Shown in pieces: positions 36,368 to 45,996 of a stretch of DNA of 64,000 nt. Numbering within the stretch: the stretch's first letter is position 1; the number at the start of each line of letters is the position of its first letter. This stretch comes from a virus. The notes under the pieces are model-generated. The model saw only the letters and a list, made by a program, of their open reading frames with translations, was not told the origin of the DNA and did not search any database. The DNA is taken from the IMG/VR virus record IMGVR_UViG_3300008267_000003, positions 64,001-128,000 of that record; one strand, written 5' to 3'. The position numbers and the translations under genes were made by a program.

Positions 36368-37329
36368 GTGAAGGTTTCAAATTACAAATAAGCATTGAGG
36401 AGCTACAGAAACGTAAGTTGTTTCTTGCTGTTCCAATGTACGGTGGTCAGTGCGCTGGTATGTTCACACGATCAGTAGCAGACCTGTCGGCTGTGTGTAC
36501 TAAACACGGTATTCCTCTACAGCTCTTCTTCCTTTTTAACGAGTCTCTTGTTACACGTGCACGTAACTACTGTGTAGATGAGTTTATGCGTTCTGGTGCA
36601 ACCCACCTGATGTTTATCGATAGTGATATTGGATTTAATCCACAGGATGTTATCGCTATGCTGGCTATGCAGTCGGATGAAAGTCCATATGATGTTATTG
36701 GTGGTCCTTATCCTAAGAAATGTATTTCATGGGAGAAGATTAAGCAAGCGGTTGATAAGGGTATGGCAGACGAGAATCCAAATCAACTTGAGAAGTATGT
36801 TGGTGACTATGTGTTTAATCCTAAAACAACACAGCGCGAGATTCCTCTCAACCAACCAGTTGAAGTTCTCGAGATTGGTACTGGTTTCATGATGGTTCGT
36901 CGTAAGACATTTGAAGACTATCAGAAAGCATATCCACACCTCTACTACAAACCAGATCATGTGCGTACAGAGCATTTTGATGGTACTCGTGAAATCATGG
37001 CTTACTTTGATTGCGTTATTGACCGTGGATACGGTTACGAGAATCTTCACCAGTTGTTGCGTGATGTTGCTGAAGGTAAAGAAGGCCTCCAGGATATCGC
37101 TAAACGTATGGTAGATGGAGAACAGCATTCATCTAAACGTTATCTGTCAGAAGACTATATGTTCTGTTACAATGTACAGCGTATGGGTGGCAAAGTATTC
37201 TTCTGTCCATGGATGCAATTGCAACACGTTGGTAGCTATGTGTTTGGTGGTTCGTTAGCTGACCTCGCATCGATTGGTGCATCTGCAACTGCTGATACAA
37301 GTAAACTCAAACACAAATCCAAGAAGTAA
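36364..37329 (+). CDS. GT-A fold glycosyltransferase-like protein
   Basis: ESLVTRARN, MFIDSD (DxD), GTGFMM, LSEDYMFC. Confidence 0.75.
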   Translation: MSEGFKLQISIEELQKRKLFLAVPMYGGQCAGMFTRSVADLSAVCTKHGIPLQLFFLFNESLVTRARNYCVDEFMRSGATHLMFIDSDIGFNPQDVIAMLAMQSDESPYDVIGGPYPKKCISWEKIKQAVDKGMADENPNQLEKYVGDYVFNPKTTQREIPLNQPVEVLEIGTGFMMVRRKTFEDYQKAYPHLYYKPDHVRTEHFDGTREIMAYFDCVIDRGYGYENLHQLLRDVAEGKEGLQDIAKRMVDGEQHSSKRYLSEDYMFCYNVQRMGGKVFFCPWMQLQHVGSYVFGGSLADLASIGASATADTSKLKHKSKK

Positions 37330-37345
37330 CTAAGGATATTACATT

Positions 37346-38023
37346 ATGAAACTAAGTGCAAGAACAATTCAGGTTTTGAAGAGCTTTGCTCAGATTAATC
37401 CTTCTTTGATCTTTACACCTGGTAATGAAATCAAGACAGTATCACCACAGAAAACTATCCTAGCTAAAGCTACTATTGCTGAAACAATTCCTCAGCAGTT
37501 TGCTATCTACGACCTGGTTAAGTTTCTTGGTGTACTGTCGTTGTTCAACGATCCAGATCTTGAGATCAATAACAAATTCATTACTATCAAAGGTGGAAGC
37601 TCCAATCTAAATTTTGTTTACTGCTCACCAGATATGGTAGTTCAGCCTCCTAAAAAGATGATCGAGCTACCAAACGATTGTGTTGAGAAAACAATAACAC
37701 CAGCAACTCTTCAGTCGGTAATGAAAGCAGTTGGTGTACTTCAACTACCAGATGTTGCCTTTGTAGGCAAAGATGGTAAACTCACCATGGAAGCTTTGGA
37801 TACCAAACCAAACAATCCTAATCAAGATAATATCAGTAACAATTTCTCTATAGACATAGGAGAAACTGTTAAAACTTTTAAGATGATCATCAAAGCTGAA
37901 AACCTAAAGATCATGAATGAAGAGTATACGCTGAAAATATCTCCTCAAGGCCTTTGCCATTTCAAAGGTTCTGATGTAGAGTATTGGATTGCTTGTGAGG
38001 AACATTCAACTTACCTGGGATAA
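37346..38023 (+). CDS. gp45: Sliding clamp gp45
   Basis: MKLS..TIQVLKSFAQINPS, FAIYDL..FL. Confidence 0.93.
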   Translation: MKLSARTIQVLKSFAQINPSLIFTPGNEIKTVSPQKTILAKATIAETIPQQFAIYDLVKFLGVLSLFNDPDLEINNKFITIKGGSSNLNFVYCSPDMVVQPPKKMIELPNDCVEKTITPATLQSVMKAVGVLQLPDVAFVGKDGKLTMEALDTKPNNPNQDNISNNFSIDIGETVKTFKMIIKAENLKIMNEEYTLKISPQGLCHFKGSDVEYWIACEEHSTYLG

Positions 38024-38026
38024 TTA

Positions 38027-38968
38027 ATGATTCGTGATGACTTTCTTTGGGTTGAGAAATACAGACCTAAAACTATTGATAATGCTATTCTCCCTGACTC
38101 TCTAAAAAAGACATTTCAACAATTTGTTGATCAGGGAGAAATTCCAAACCTATTGTTGGCAGGTCGAGCTGGTGTTGGTAAGACAACAGTAGCTCGAGCT
38201 ATGATTGAGCAGCTTGAGTGTGATTACCTGATCATCAACGGATCGATGAATGGTAACATTGATACCCTACGAAATGAGATTAAAGAGTTTGCTTCAGCGA
38301 TCTCTTTTTCTGGTGGTCGTAAGTATGTTATTCTTGACGAAGCTGATTATCTCAATCCTAATAGTACACAACCAGCTCTTCGCAACTTCATGGAAGAGTT
38401 TTCAAGAAACTGTGGATTTATTCTCACAGCCAACTTTAGTAACCGTATCATTGAACCTCTCCATAGCAGATGCTCGGTAATTGACTTTAAGATCGAAAGA
38501 GATCACAAGCCGCTAATGGCAAAGGATATGTTCAAGCGTGCTTGCACTATCCTAGATACAGAAGGTGTTTCCTACGATTCAAAAGCAGTGGTTGAGGTTG
38601 TTAAGAAGTTCTTTCCTGATATGCGTCGTATCCTCAACGAGCTTCAGAGATACTCTGCTACCGGTAAGATTGATAGCGGTATCCTTGTTAACTTCTCTGA
38701 GGAGAATCTAAAGACTCTCATGGACCTTCTCAAACAGAAGAACTTTACAGAGGTCCGTAAATGGGTTGGTGAGAATAACGACATAGACACTACAACGTTC
38801 TTTAGACGCTTGTACGACTCCGCTTCACAGTATATGAAGCCTGGATCTATTCCGATGCTCGTCATGACTATTGCCGACTACCAGTATAAGGCTGCGTTTG
38901 TTGCTGATCATGAGATAAATATCCTTGCTTGTCTAACAGAACTAATGGCAGAGGGAGAATTTAAATGA
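38027..38968 (+). CDS. gp44: Clamp loader large subunit gp44
   Basis: WVEKYRP, GRAGVGKTT, DEAD, SRC. Confidence 0.97.
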   Translation: MIRDDFLWVEKYRPKTIDNAILPDSLKKTFQQFVDQGEIPNLLLAGRAGVGKTTVARAMIEQLECDYLIINGSMNGNIDTLRNEIKEFASAISFSGGRKYVILDEADYLNPNSTQPALRNFMEEFSRNCGFILTANFSNRIIEPLHSRCSVIDFKIERDHKPLMAKDMFKRACTILDTEGVSYDSKAVVEVVKKFFPDMRRILNELQRYSATGKIDSGILVNFSEENLKTLMDLLKQKNFTEVRKWVGENNDIDTTTFFRRLYDSASQYMKPGSIPMLVMTIADYQYKAAFVADHEINILACLTELMAEGEFK

Positions 38969-39144
38969 CATTACTAAGCGAATACGAACAAGGTCCAATC
39001 AACTCTAGAGTATTCAGATTAAACGATGGTAACTATCAGGTACTCGTGTTCAATGCATTAAGTGGTAAAGAAGTAGCCGAATTCTTTAAGAACTATGAAC
39101 AGGCTACAAACTTTGCGGAATCCAGAATGCTACTTAATGAGTAA
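38965..39144 (+). CDS. Small hypothetical protein (59 aa)
   Basis: ATGA coupling to gp44 stop; GGAG ribosome-binding site. Confidence 0.55.
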   Translation: MTLLSEYEQGPINSRVFRLNDGNYQVLVFNALSGKEVAEFFKNYEQATNFAESRMLLNE

Positions 39145-39424
39145 AATTATAGTTGGAATTATTCAGTGGATACGTAATGACTATACTTCTTATCATTTCC
39201 GCTTTATTGCCGAGCTTGTTGCTTGGGGGATTAGTATTGGGTGTAGCATTACTATGGCACTTACCGTACCAACTCCTCCCCTCTTGGTTCTTTACCCTGT
39301 GTGGATTCTTGGCTGCACTATCTATGCTTGGGCTTCTTGGACTCGCAGGAGTTTTGGTATGCTGGCTAACTACATACTCTTAGTCACTATTGATACAATT
39401 GGTCTTATAAGAATGTTAACATGA
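39137..39424 (+). CDS. Small membrane protein
   Basis: Three hydrophobic segments. Confidence 0.65.
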   Translation: MSKIIVGIIQWIRNDYTSYHFRFIAELVAWGISIGCSITMALTVPTPPLLVLYPVWILGCTIYAWASWTRRSFGMLANYILLVTIDTIGLIRMLT

Positions 39425-39798
39425 ATGTTTTTGAATTTGTAAATGCAATCAATTCCACCAAGCAAGACCTTCTAAGCGATCCAGCTTTGGAGAGACATTA
39501 CTCCCCATACATGGTGAATAAGGCTCTTTCATACTTCCCGGATACGATGTTGTATGCCAATGAAATGAACCGTAATTCCCACATAGACTCTAAGCTTCAG
39601 TTTCATTTTTTTCTAAATAGTATAAGACCTGCAAAGCGATTTGCAAAGTGGGTGAAGAAACAAAATGATAATGACCTTACTGCTGTCATGGAATATTATG
39701 GTTATAGTCCTGAAAAAGCCAAAAGTGCATTATCCATCCTTTCTTCAGATCAAATGATCACTATAAAACAAAAATTAGAAAAAGGTGGACAATTATGA
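39421..39798 (+). CDS. gp62: Clamp loader small subunit gp62
   Basis: YSPYMVNKALS, ANEMN, EYYGYS..KA. Confidence 0.92.
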   Translation: MNVFEFVNAINSTKQDLLSDPALERHYSPYMVNKALSYFPDTMLYANEMNRNSHIDSKLQFHFFLNSIRPAKRFAKWVKKQNDNDLTAVMEYYGYSPEKAKSALSILSSDQMITIKQKLEKGGQL

Positions 39799-40190
39799 AC
39801 ATTATTGACAATCTTGTCGAGGTTGCGTTATCTTCTGAGGAAGACTTCTTAAAAATTAAAGAAACCCTGACACGTATTGGTGTTGCATCAAGAAAAGACA
39901 AGAAGCTATTTCAGTCTTGTCATATTCTGCATAAGCAAGGAAGATATTACATTGTGCATTTCAAAGAGCTATTTGCACTAGATGGTAAACCCTCCAATTT
40001 CTCAGATGATGATAAGGCCAGACGTAACACAATTATTAACCTCATTGCAGAGTGGGGTCTAGTTAAGTTAGTCAATCCTCAGAAATCAAGCAGTCCAGTG
40101 GCTCCATTCTCACAGGTAAAGGTCATCACTCACAAGGAAAAGGGTGAGTGGGAACTTGTTGCCAAATACAATATAGGTAAGAAAAAGTAA
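39795..40190 (+). CDS. regA: Translational repressor RegA
   Basis: FLKIKETLTRIG, CHILHKQGRYYIVHFKELF. Confidence 0.97.
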   Translation: MNIIDNLVEVALSSEEDFLKIKETLTRIGVASRKDKKLFQSCHILHKQGRYYIVHFKELFALDGKPSNFSDDDKARRNTIINLIAEWGLVKLVNPQKSSSPVAPFSQVKVITHKEKGEWELVAKYNIGKKK

Positions 40191-40808
40191 TTGGAATCAT
40201 CTAAAAAATGGGATTATAGATTCCTGGAGTTAGCGGAATCTGTATCCAAGTGGTCTAAGGATCCCTCAACAAAGGTAGGTAGTGTTATAGTTGACTCAAA
40301 GCGTAGAGTCATTGGTATGGGTTATAATGGATTCCCACGTGGTGTTGATGATAGTGAAGAACGGTACAATGACCGGGAAACTAAGCTACTTTTTGTCTGT
40401 CATGCAGAGCGAAATGCGCTAGACAATGCCCCGGGCAGTGTTGAGGGAGCAACACTATACGCTACTATGTTCCCCTGCAACGAATGTTGTAAAAGTATTA
40501 TCCAGAAAGGTATTACTAAAGTAGTAACATTTGTACCTAGCAGGGCAAAATATCTGTTGTACAAATATGATAACTCATATACAATGTTAAGTGAGTCTGG
40601 TGTGAAGGTTTACCAGTATGATTATGGACTTTATGAGGGGTGGAAAAATGGAAGTAATGGATCGAACAAAGCTACAGAAACTCCTGGAATCAAACGTGTG
40701 CAAAGTGTCGTTCACGAAACAGGACGGCACAGTACGGGATATGGTTTGTACACTGAAGGACTCGATTATCGTTCCACACGAAAAGAAGACAGATCGAGTG
40801 AAGACTGA
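40191..40808 (+). CDS. dCMP deaminase
   Basis: SKDPSTKVG, GYNG, HAERNA, PCNEC. Confidence 0.92.
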   Translation: MESSKKWDYRFLELAESVSKWSKDPSTKVGSVIVDSKRRVIGMGYNGFPRGVDDSEERYNDRETKLLFVCHAERNALDNAPGSVEGATLYATMFPCNECCKSIIQKGITKVVTFVPSRAKYLLYKYDNSYTMLSESGVKVYQYDYGLYEGWKNGSNGSNKATETPGIKRVQSVVHETGRHSTGYGLYTEGLDYRSTRKEDRSSED

Positions 40809-40899
40809 AAATAACAACGTAATGGCGGTTTGGGATGCTGAAAAAAACGCTTGGCGTTCTTTCAAGATCGATAGTATAATATCATTCCAACCTTTGTGA
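40648..40899 (+). CDS. Conserved T4-like protein (WYL-like/SH3 fold)
   Basis: FTKQDGTVRDMVCTL...WDAEKNAWRSF. Confidence 0.7.
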   Translation: MEVMDRTKLQKLLESNVCKVSFTKQDGTVRDMVCTLKDSIIVPHEKKTDRVKTENNNVMAVWDAEKNAWRSFKIDSIISFQPL

Positions 40900-40906
40900 G
40901 GATATC

Positions 40907-41128
40907 ATGTACCAACGTAAAGCTAATATGAAACCTGCAGCTTTGCAGGATGGTTGTAACGTATCTCTGCGCTCTCTCATTGCGTTTATTGAAGACTGTG
41001 AGAAGACCCTCAAAGCTAAGGGTCAAGAAGATGAGGCGTTCCGTTTCGAGTGTATTGCTGAGTATCTGAGAAAAGATTTTAGCCCTTCTAAGGGTTTAAC
41101 CTTCAAGTCAGGGGTGCTTGGATTATAA
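40907..41128 (+). CDS. Hypothetical protein
   Basis: GAGGA ribosome-binding site. Confidence 0.6.
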   Translation: MYQRKANMKPAALQDGCNVSLRSLIAFIEDCEKTLKAKGQEDEAFRFECIAEYLRKDFSPSKGLTFKSGVLGL

Positions 41129-41131
41129 ATA
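41124..41131 (+). promoter_or_regulatory. Late promoter TATAAATA
   Basis: Exact consensus. Confidence 0.7.
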
Positions 41132-41187
41132 CTAAAAACATCACAGGATTATTGCATGCACTATAAACAAGTATTGCAGTAGTAAGG

Positions 41188-41221
41188 AAAGGCACACTAG
41201 CTTAGGCTGTGTGCCTTTTTT
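41188..41221 (+). terminator. Terminator-like hairpin upstream of phoH
   Basis: AAAGGCACAC/GTGTGCCTTT plus T-run. Confidence 0.75.
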
Positions 41222-41252
41222 GTTTTCTAAACTCTAACAAGAAGGACAGCGC

Positions 41253-41996
41253 ATGAAACACAAAGCAAGAACTGCTGAAGCCTCCATCCACCAATTTCCA
41301 GATCAAACGAAAAGGAAACTCAAACTAAAAATCGATGACTTAAACGTCTTTGATGCTCTCACCAAAAACCAATCTAAATTCTTTGAACTATACAAACAAG
41401 GAGCACAAGCAATTATGCTGCATGGTGCAGCTGGTACTGGTAAAACGTTTATTGCGCTTTACAAAGCACTGGAAGAGGTTATGGATAGAAGTAACCCATA
41501 CCAGAAAGTAGTGTTGGTCAGATCTGTAGTTCCTTCCCGAGAAATTGGTCACCTACCAGGAGATGAAAAAGAAAAGACAGATGTTTATGTAGCACCTTAT
41601 AGAGCCATTTGCCAGGATCTTTTTGATACTGAGCAAGCATATGAAAGGTTGGTGGAGCAGAAGAATATTGAGTTTATGATTACTTCGTTTGTTAGAGGCA
41701 TCACTATTGATAACGCTGTCATCATAGTTGACGAATGTCAGAACATGAATTTCCAAGAGCTCAGTTCTATTATTACTAGAGTAGGAGAAAACACAAAGAT
41801 TATATTCTGTGGTGATTTCAAACAAACCGATCTATGCAAGAAGCATGATCAATCAGGCCTCAAGGATTTCGTAGAGGTAGTTAACAAAATGCCATCATTC
41901 AGAAATGTTGAATTTGGTATTGAAGATATTGTTCGCAGTTCTCTTGTAAAGGAGTTTATTGTAGCAAATTTACATATTCAATCTATAAAAAGTTGA
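41253..41996 (+). CDS. phoH: PhoH-like ATPase
   Basis: GAAGTGKT, IGHLPG, RGITI, DECQN, GDFKQTD. Confidence 0.95.
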   Translation: MKHKARTAEASIHQFPDQTKRKLKLKIDDLNVFDALTKNQSKFFELYKQGAQAIMLHGAAGTGKTFIALYKALEEVMDRSNPYQKVVLVRSVVPSREIGHLPGDEKEKTDVYVAPYRAICQDLFDTEQAYERLVEQKNIEFMITSFVRGITIDNAVIIVDECQNMNFQELSSIITRVGENTKIIFCGDFKQTDLCKKHDQSGLKDFVEVVNKMPSFRNVEFGIEDIVRSSLVKEFIVANLHIQSIKS

Positions 41997-42024
41997 CTTT
42001 CTATAGGAGATAAGGTATAAATAG

Positions 42025-42083
42025 GGATGCGTTGCCTTCGGGGACGCATTCTTAATTTAACCTTGCTTAATAGGAGGTCTTCA
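42025..42083 (+). promoter_or_regulatory. ROSE-like RNA thermometer in hsp20 5' UTR
   Basis: CCTTGCT pairs with Shine-Dalgarno AGGAGG leaving a bulged G; upstream hairpin; TATAAATA at 42016. Confidence 0.6.
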
Positions 42084-42599
42084 ATGACTAATCTAGTAGA
42101 CGCACTCGCTAACACTTTTGCTTTCGGCCCTGGCTTCAAATACGGAACAAAAGACATGGACAAATTCTTTGTTGGTTTTGATGAGCAATTCAACAAAATG
42201 GCAAAGCTACATGATGAAGTAACAAAAAACATTCCCAACTACCCTCCATACAATATCAAGAAAGTAAGCGATAGTAAGTATACTATTGAGCTTGCAGTTG
42301 CTGGTTTTGCCAAGCAAGATATTGAACTTGAGTTTGTCGATAACAAATTAATTATTACTGGCAAAGCATCAGATGATAGTGAAAATGAGCACTTCCTGTT
42401 CAAAGGAATTGCTAATAGAGCATTCACTCGTACATTTGTTCTTGACGACCAAGTCGAGATTCAAAACGCTGAGATGTTGAATGGAATGTTAAAGATTTTC
42501 CTTGAGCGTATTATTCCAGAGCATAAAAAGCCCAAGAAAATTGAAATCAATGAGAAACCTTCAAATGGGAACAAAGAGTTCTTGACGGAGGAAAAATGA
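42084..42599 (+). CDS. Small heat-shock protein Hsp20 (IbpA-like)
   Basis: NYPPYNI, LAVAGF, KGIANRAFTRTF, NGML. Confidence 0.95.
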   Translation: MTNLVDALANTFAFGPGFKYGTKDMDKFFVGFDEQFNKMAKLHDEVTKNIPNYPPYNIKKVSDSKYTIELAVAGFAKQDIELEFVDNKLIITGKASDDSENEHFLFKGIANRAFTRTFVLDDQVEIQNAEMLNGMLKIFLERIIPEHKKPKKIEINEKPSNGNKEFLTEEK

Positions 42600-42772
42600 G
42601 CGAATTTATTCAGAACATTCTCGAAGTGACGAGGAAGTTTCTGTTTAATGAACCAAGCTCAGCACAATTTTCCAAAACAGAACTTCAGTACTTGAATCAA
42701 TCTGTTGACCACTGTGACCTTGAGCACAGAATGAAACAGCTTGAAAGAAAGCACACCCACCTTCGTTATTAA
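42596..42772 (+). CDS. Small protein, DUF3563-like
   Basis: YLNQSVDHCDLEHRMKQLE pattern; coupled to hsp20. Confidence 0.5.
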   Translation: MSEFIQNILEVTRKFLFNEPSSAQFSKTELQYLNQSVDHCDLEHRMKQLERKHTHLRY

Positions 42773-42775
42773 CAT

Positions 42776-42800
42776 AAGGGGACGCAATGTCCCCTTTCTT
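42776..42800 (+). terminator. Intrinsic terminator
   Basis: AAGGGGAC/GTCCCCTT plus T-rich tail. Confidence 0.75.
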
Positions 42801-42811
42801 TAAGGAAATAT

Positions 42812-43120
42812 ATGAGCGTACGAGTAATAAGACTTGTCAATGGTGAAGAACTAATTGGTGAGCTTGAACTGGTTAAAAAAAATAATCATCACAACGATTA
42901 CAAACTCTCTAAAGTAGGTGTTGTATCATTAGTACCAACACAAACAGGAGTGGGTATTTCTTTATATCCCTTTGCACCATACTCAGATGATGATGACTTT
43001 ATTTTTCGACATGAGCATGTTGTAACATCATTTGGTCCTTCAGTAGATCTTCTAAACAATTATAATAAAATGTTTGGATCTGGTATCCAGATTGCTTCTA
43101 CAGGATCGTTGATAAAATAA
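42812..43120 (+). CDS. Conserved hypothetical protein (Sm-like)
   Basis: VIRLVNGEELIG...YNKMFGSGI. Confidence 0.65.
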   Translation: MSVRVIRLVNGEELIGELELVKKNNHHNDYKLSKVGVVSLVPTQTGVGISLYPFAPYSDDDDFIFRHEHVVTSFGPSVDLLNNYNKMFGSGIQIASTGSLIK

Positions 43121-43157
43121 TTACCCATCTGTATAATAATGGTTTTAGTGAGGGTAC

Positions 43158-45686
43158 ATGCGCTTCTATACAAACGTAAATGTTGTTGGTGATTCTGTCT
43201 TTGTGAGAGGATATGATGGGGATAAGCGCTTTGAGCTCAAGGCACCTTATCACCCATACATCTTTGTTAACTCAAACAAGAAAACCAATTACAAAACACT
43301 CAATGGTAAATCTGTTGAGCGGATTGAATTTGAAAGTATCAAGAACTCACGTGACTTCATTGATAATTACTCAAACGTGAGTGGGTTCGAGATACACGGC
43401 TCAAATCTCTTCACCTACCAAGCAATCTACGATCTTTACAAGGGTGAGGTAGTTTATGATGTAGATCGTATCAATGTTGTTTCACTTGATATTGAGACAT
43501 CAACCCTCAACGGTTTCCCTAACCACGAGCTTGCCGATAAAGAGGTAATTACACTATCTCTTAGGAAAAAAGGAAAGGTAATTGTACTAGGTACAAGACC
43601 CTATACTCCTAAATCAAATGACATTGTATATTGGCAATGCCGTAATGAGATTGATTTGCTTCAGAAGTTTCTTCAGATATGGAACTCTGATAAATGGAAG
43701 CCAGATGTTGTTACTGGATGGAATGTAGAGTACTTCGATATTCCATATCTCTACAGACGCATATCTAACATGCTTGGTAAGAAAGAAGCAGATAAATTAT
43801 CTCCATGGAAGATTGTTCGTGAACGTCAGGTTGGTGGAGAAGGATCGTCGAAGGTATATGATCTGATAGGTATTTCAGTTCTCGACTATCTTGCTCTGTA
43901 TAAGAAGTTTTCTTACACTCCTCAAGAATCATATAAACTGGATCATATTGCTGAGTACGAGCTTGGTGAAAAGAAACTTGACTACTCAGAATATGAGACG
44001 ATGCATGAGTTCTATGTAAACAACTTTGAGAAGTTTGTAGACTATAACATACATGACGTTGTCCTTGTTGATAAACTTGAAGAGAAGTTAAAGTTTATTG
44101 AGCAGGTATTTGCTATCTCATATGACGCCAAGGTCAATTACAACGATACATTTACCACTGTCCGTATATGGGATGTTATTATTACAAACTATCTAATGGA
44201 CAGGGGTATTGTTGTTCCTCACATTGAACGCGAAGAGCTTGATCAACGTGCTTCTGATGATAAAAGACTTGGTCCGATTGTTGGTGCGTATGTAAAAGAC
44301 CCACAGGTTGGTATGCATGAATGGGTTTGTTCATTTGACCTTAACAGTCTATACCCTCACTTGATTATGCAGTACAACATTAGTCCGGATACATTCATAG
44401 ACATGGAGGATGGTATCTCCATTGAGCGTATGCTTGATAAGGCTATTGGATCTAATCTTGAATCTAAGCTCAGAGAAAAGAACTATACAATTACACCCAA
44501 GGGTGCTCTATTTACAAAAGATAGAGTTGGCTTCTTAGCTGAGCTGATGGAGACCATGTATAATGATCGTTCTGCTTGGAAGAAGCGAATGATTGAAGCA
44601 AAGAAGAAGTATGAGCAGACACCTACTCGTGAGCTTGAAAATGAGATCGCAAGATGTAACAACATGCAGATGGCAAAGAAGATTCAGCTGAACTCTGCCT
44701 ATGGTGCTCTTGGTAATGTTTTCTTCAGATGGTATCAACGTGATCTAGCAGAAGCAATCACAACATCTGGTCAGTTGTCTATTCGTTGGATGGAAAAGAA
44801 TATCAATCAATATCTTAACAAGCTGTTTAAAACAGATAACGAAGACTATGTGATTGCTTGTGATACTGACTCTATGTACATCCGTCTTCAGCGACTAGTG
44901 GATCAAGTATTTGATAAAGATGCTGATGTGAATAAGGTTGTAAAGTTCCTTGATGATGTTTGTGAAAAGAAACTACAACCGTTCATTGACAACACCTTCA
45001 ATGACCTTGGTGAGTACATGATGGTCATGAAACAGAAGATGGTGATGAAGCGAGAGGCTATTGCTAACAAGGGTATATGGACTGGAAAGAAACACTACAT
45101 CCTCAATGTGTTTAACAATGAGGGTGTTTCATATACTCAACCAAAGTTAAAGATGCAAGGTATTGAAGCGGTTCGATCTTCTACTCCTTCTGTTTGCAGA
45201 AGGAACTTTAAGAATGCTCTTGATGTGATTATGAATCATGATGAGAAAGCCATTCATAAGTTTGTTAGTGACTTTAAACATGAGTATATGCTTTTACCTT
45301 TTGAAGATATTGCTTTCCCACGTTCAGTTAAGGACCTTAACAAGTACAAAGACAGCGCATCGATCTATAGGAAATCAACTCCTATTCACGTCAAGGGATC
45401 GTTGATATACAATAGCCTTCTTAAAGAAAAGAAACTTGAAACTAAATATCAAACCATTAAAGATGGTGATAAGATCAAGTTCATATATCTAAAAGCACCG
45501 AACCCAGCAAGAGACACTGTTATATCTTGCCCAAGCACTTTACCAAAAGAGTTTAGTATAGAACCTTACATTGATTATGATCTTCAGTTTGAGAAATCAT
45601 TCCTCGATCCAATCAAAGGTATATTAGATGCTATTGGATGGCATATAACAGAACGTAGAGCAACCCTAGAACAATTCTTCGAATAG
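43158..45686 (+). CDS. gp43: Family B DNA polymerase gp43
   Basis: DIET exonuclease, DLNSLYP, KIQLNSAYG, DTDS. Confidence 0.98.
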   Translation: MRFYTNVNVVGDSVFVRGYDGDKRFELKAPYHPYIFVNSNKKTNYKTLNGKSVERIEFESIKNSRDFIDNYSNVSGFEIHGSNLFTYQAIYDLYKGEVVYDVDRINVVSLDIETSTLNGFPNHELADKEVITLSLRKKGKVIVLGTRPYTPKSNDIVYWQCRNEIDLLQKFLQIWNSDKWKPDVVTGWNVEYFDIPYLYRRISNMLGKKEADKLSPWKIVRERQVGGEGSSKVYDLIGISVLDYLALYKKFSYTPQESYKLDHIAEYELGEKKLDYSEYETMHEFYVNNFEKFVDYNIHDVVLVDKLEEKLKFIEQVFAISYDAKVNYNDTFTTVRIWDVIITNYLMDRGIVVPHIEREELDQRASDDKRLGPIVGAYVKDPQVGMHEWVCSFDLNSLYPHLIMQYNISPDTFIDMEDGISIERMLDKAIGSNLESKLREKNYTITPKGALFTKDRVGFLAELMETMYNDRSAWKKRMIEAKKKYEQTPTRELENEIARCNNMQMAKKIQLNSAYGALGNVFFRWYQRDLAEAITTSGQLSIRWMEKNINQYLNKLFKTDNEDYVIACDTDSMYIRLQRLVDQVFDKDADVNKVVKFLDDVCEKKLQPFIDNTFNDLGEYMMVMKQKMVMKREAIANKGIWTGKKHYILNVFNNEGVSYTQPKLKMQGIEAVRSSTPSVCRRNFKNALDVIMNHDEKAIHKFVSDFKHEYMLLPFEDIAFPRSVKDLNKYKDSASIYRKSTPIHVKGSLIYNSLLKEKKLETKYQTIKDGDKIKFIYLKAPNPARDTVISCPSTLPKEFSIEPYIDYDLQFEKSFLDPIKGILDAIGWHITERRATLEQFFE

Positions 45687-45693
45687 GAAAACA

Positions 45694-45996
45694 ATGGCTA
45701 AGATTACTATAGACTTAGACGACGCGTACACTGACTTTGGATTTTCAGCTGTAAGTGAAGATGAACTCAAATCAATGGAGCGTCAGCTTCAACAGCAAGT
45801 CCAACAAAAAGAACAAGAGTTATCGTTGACTTCCAAAGAATATAAAGATAAACTGGAAACTCTTTATAAACTAATTATGCCACTGCTACTCAATCTTGCT
45901 AAAGATGATGATAAAGAATACATCTACTGGCCAGAAAGAACCAAGAAAATGAAAGCATTCATTGATAAGGTGGATAAACTAGTAAACAATGATTAA
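45694..45996 (+). CDS. Conserved hypothetical protein
   Basis: DFGFSAV, KEYIYWP. Confidence 0.65.
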   Translation: MAKITIDLDDAYTDFGFSAVSEDELKSMERQLQQQVQQKEQELSLTSKEYKDKLETLYKLIMPLLLNLAKDDDKEYIYWPERTKKMKAFIDKVDKLVNND

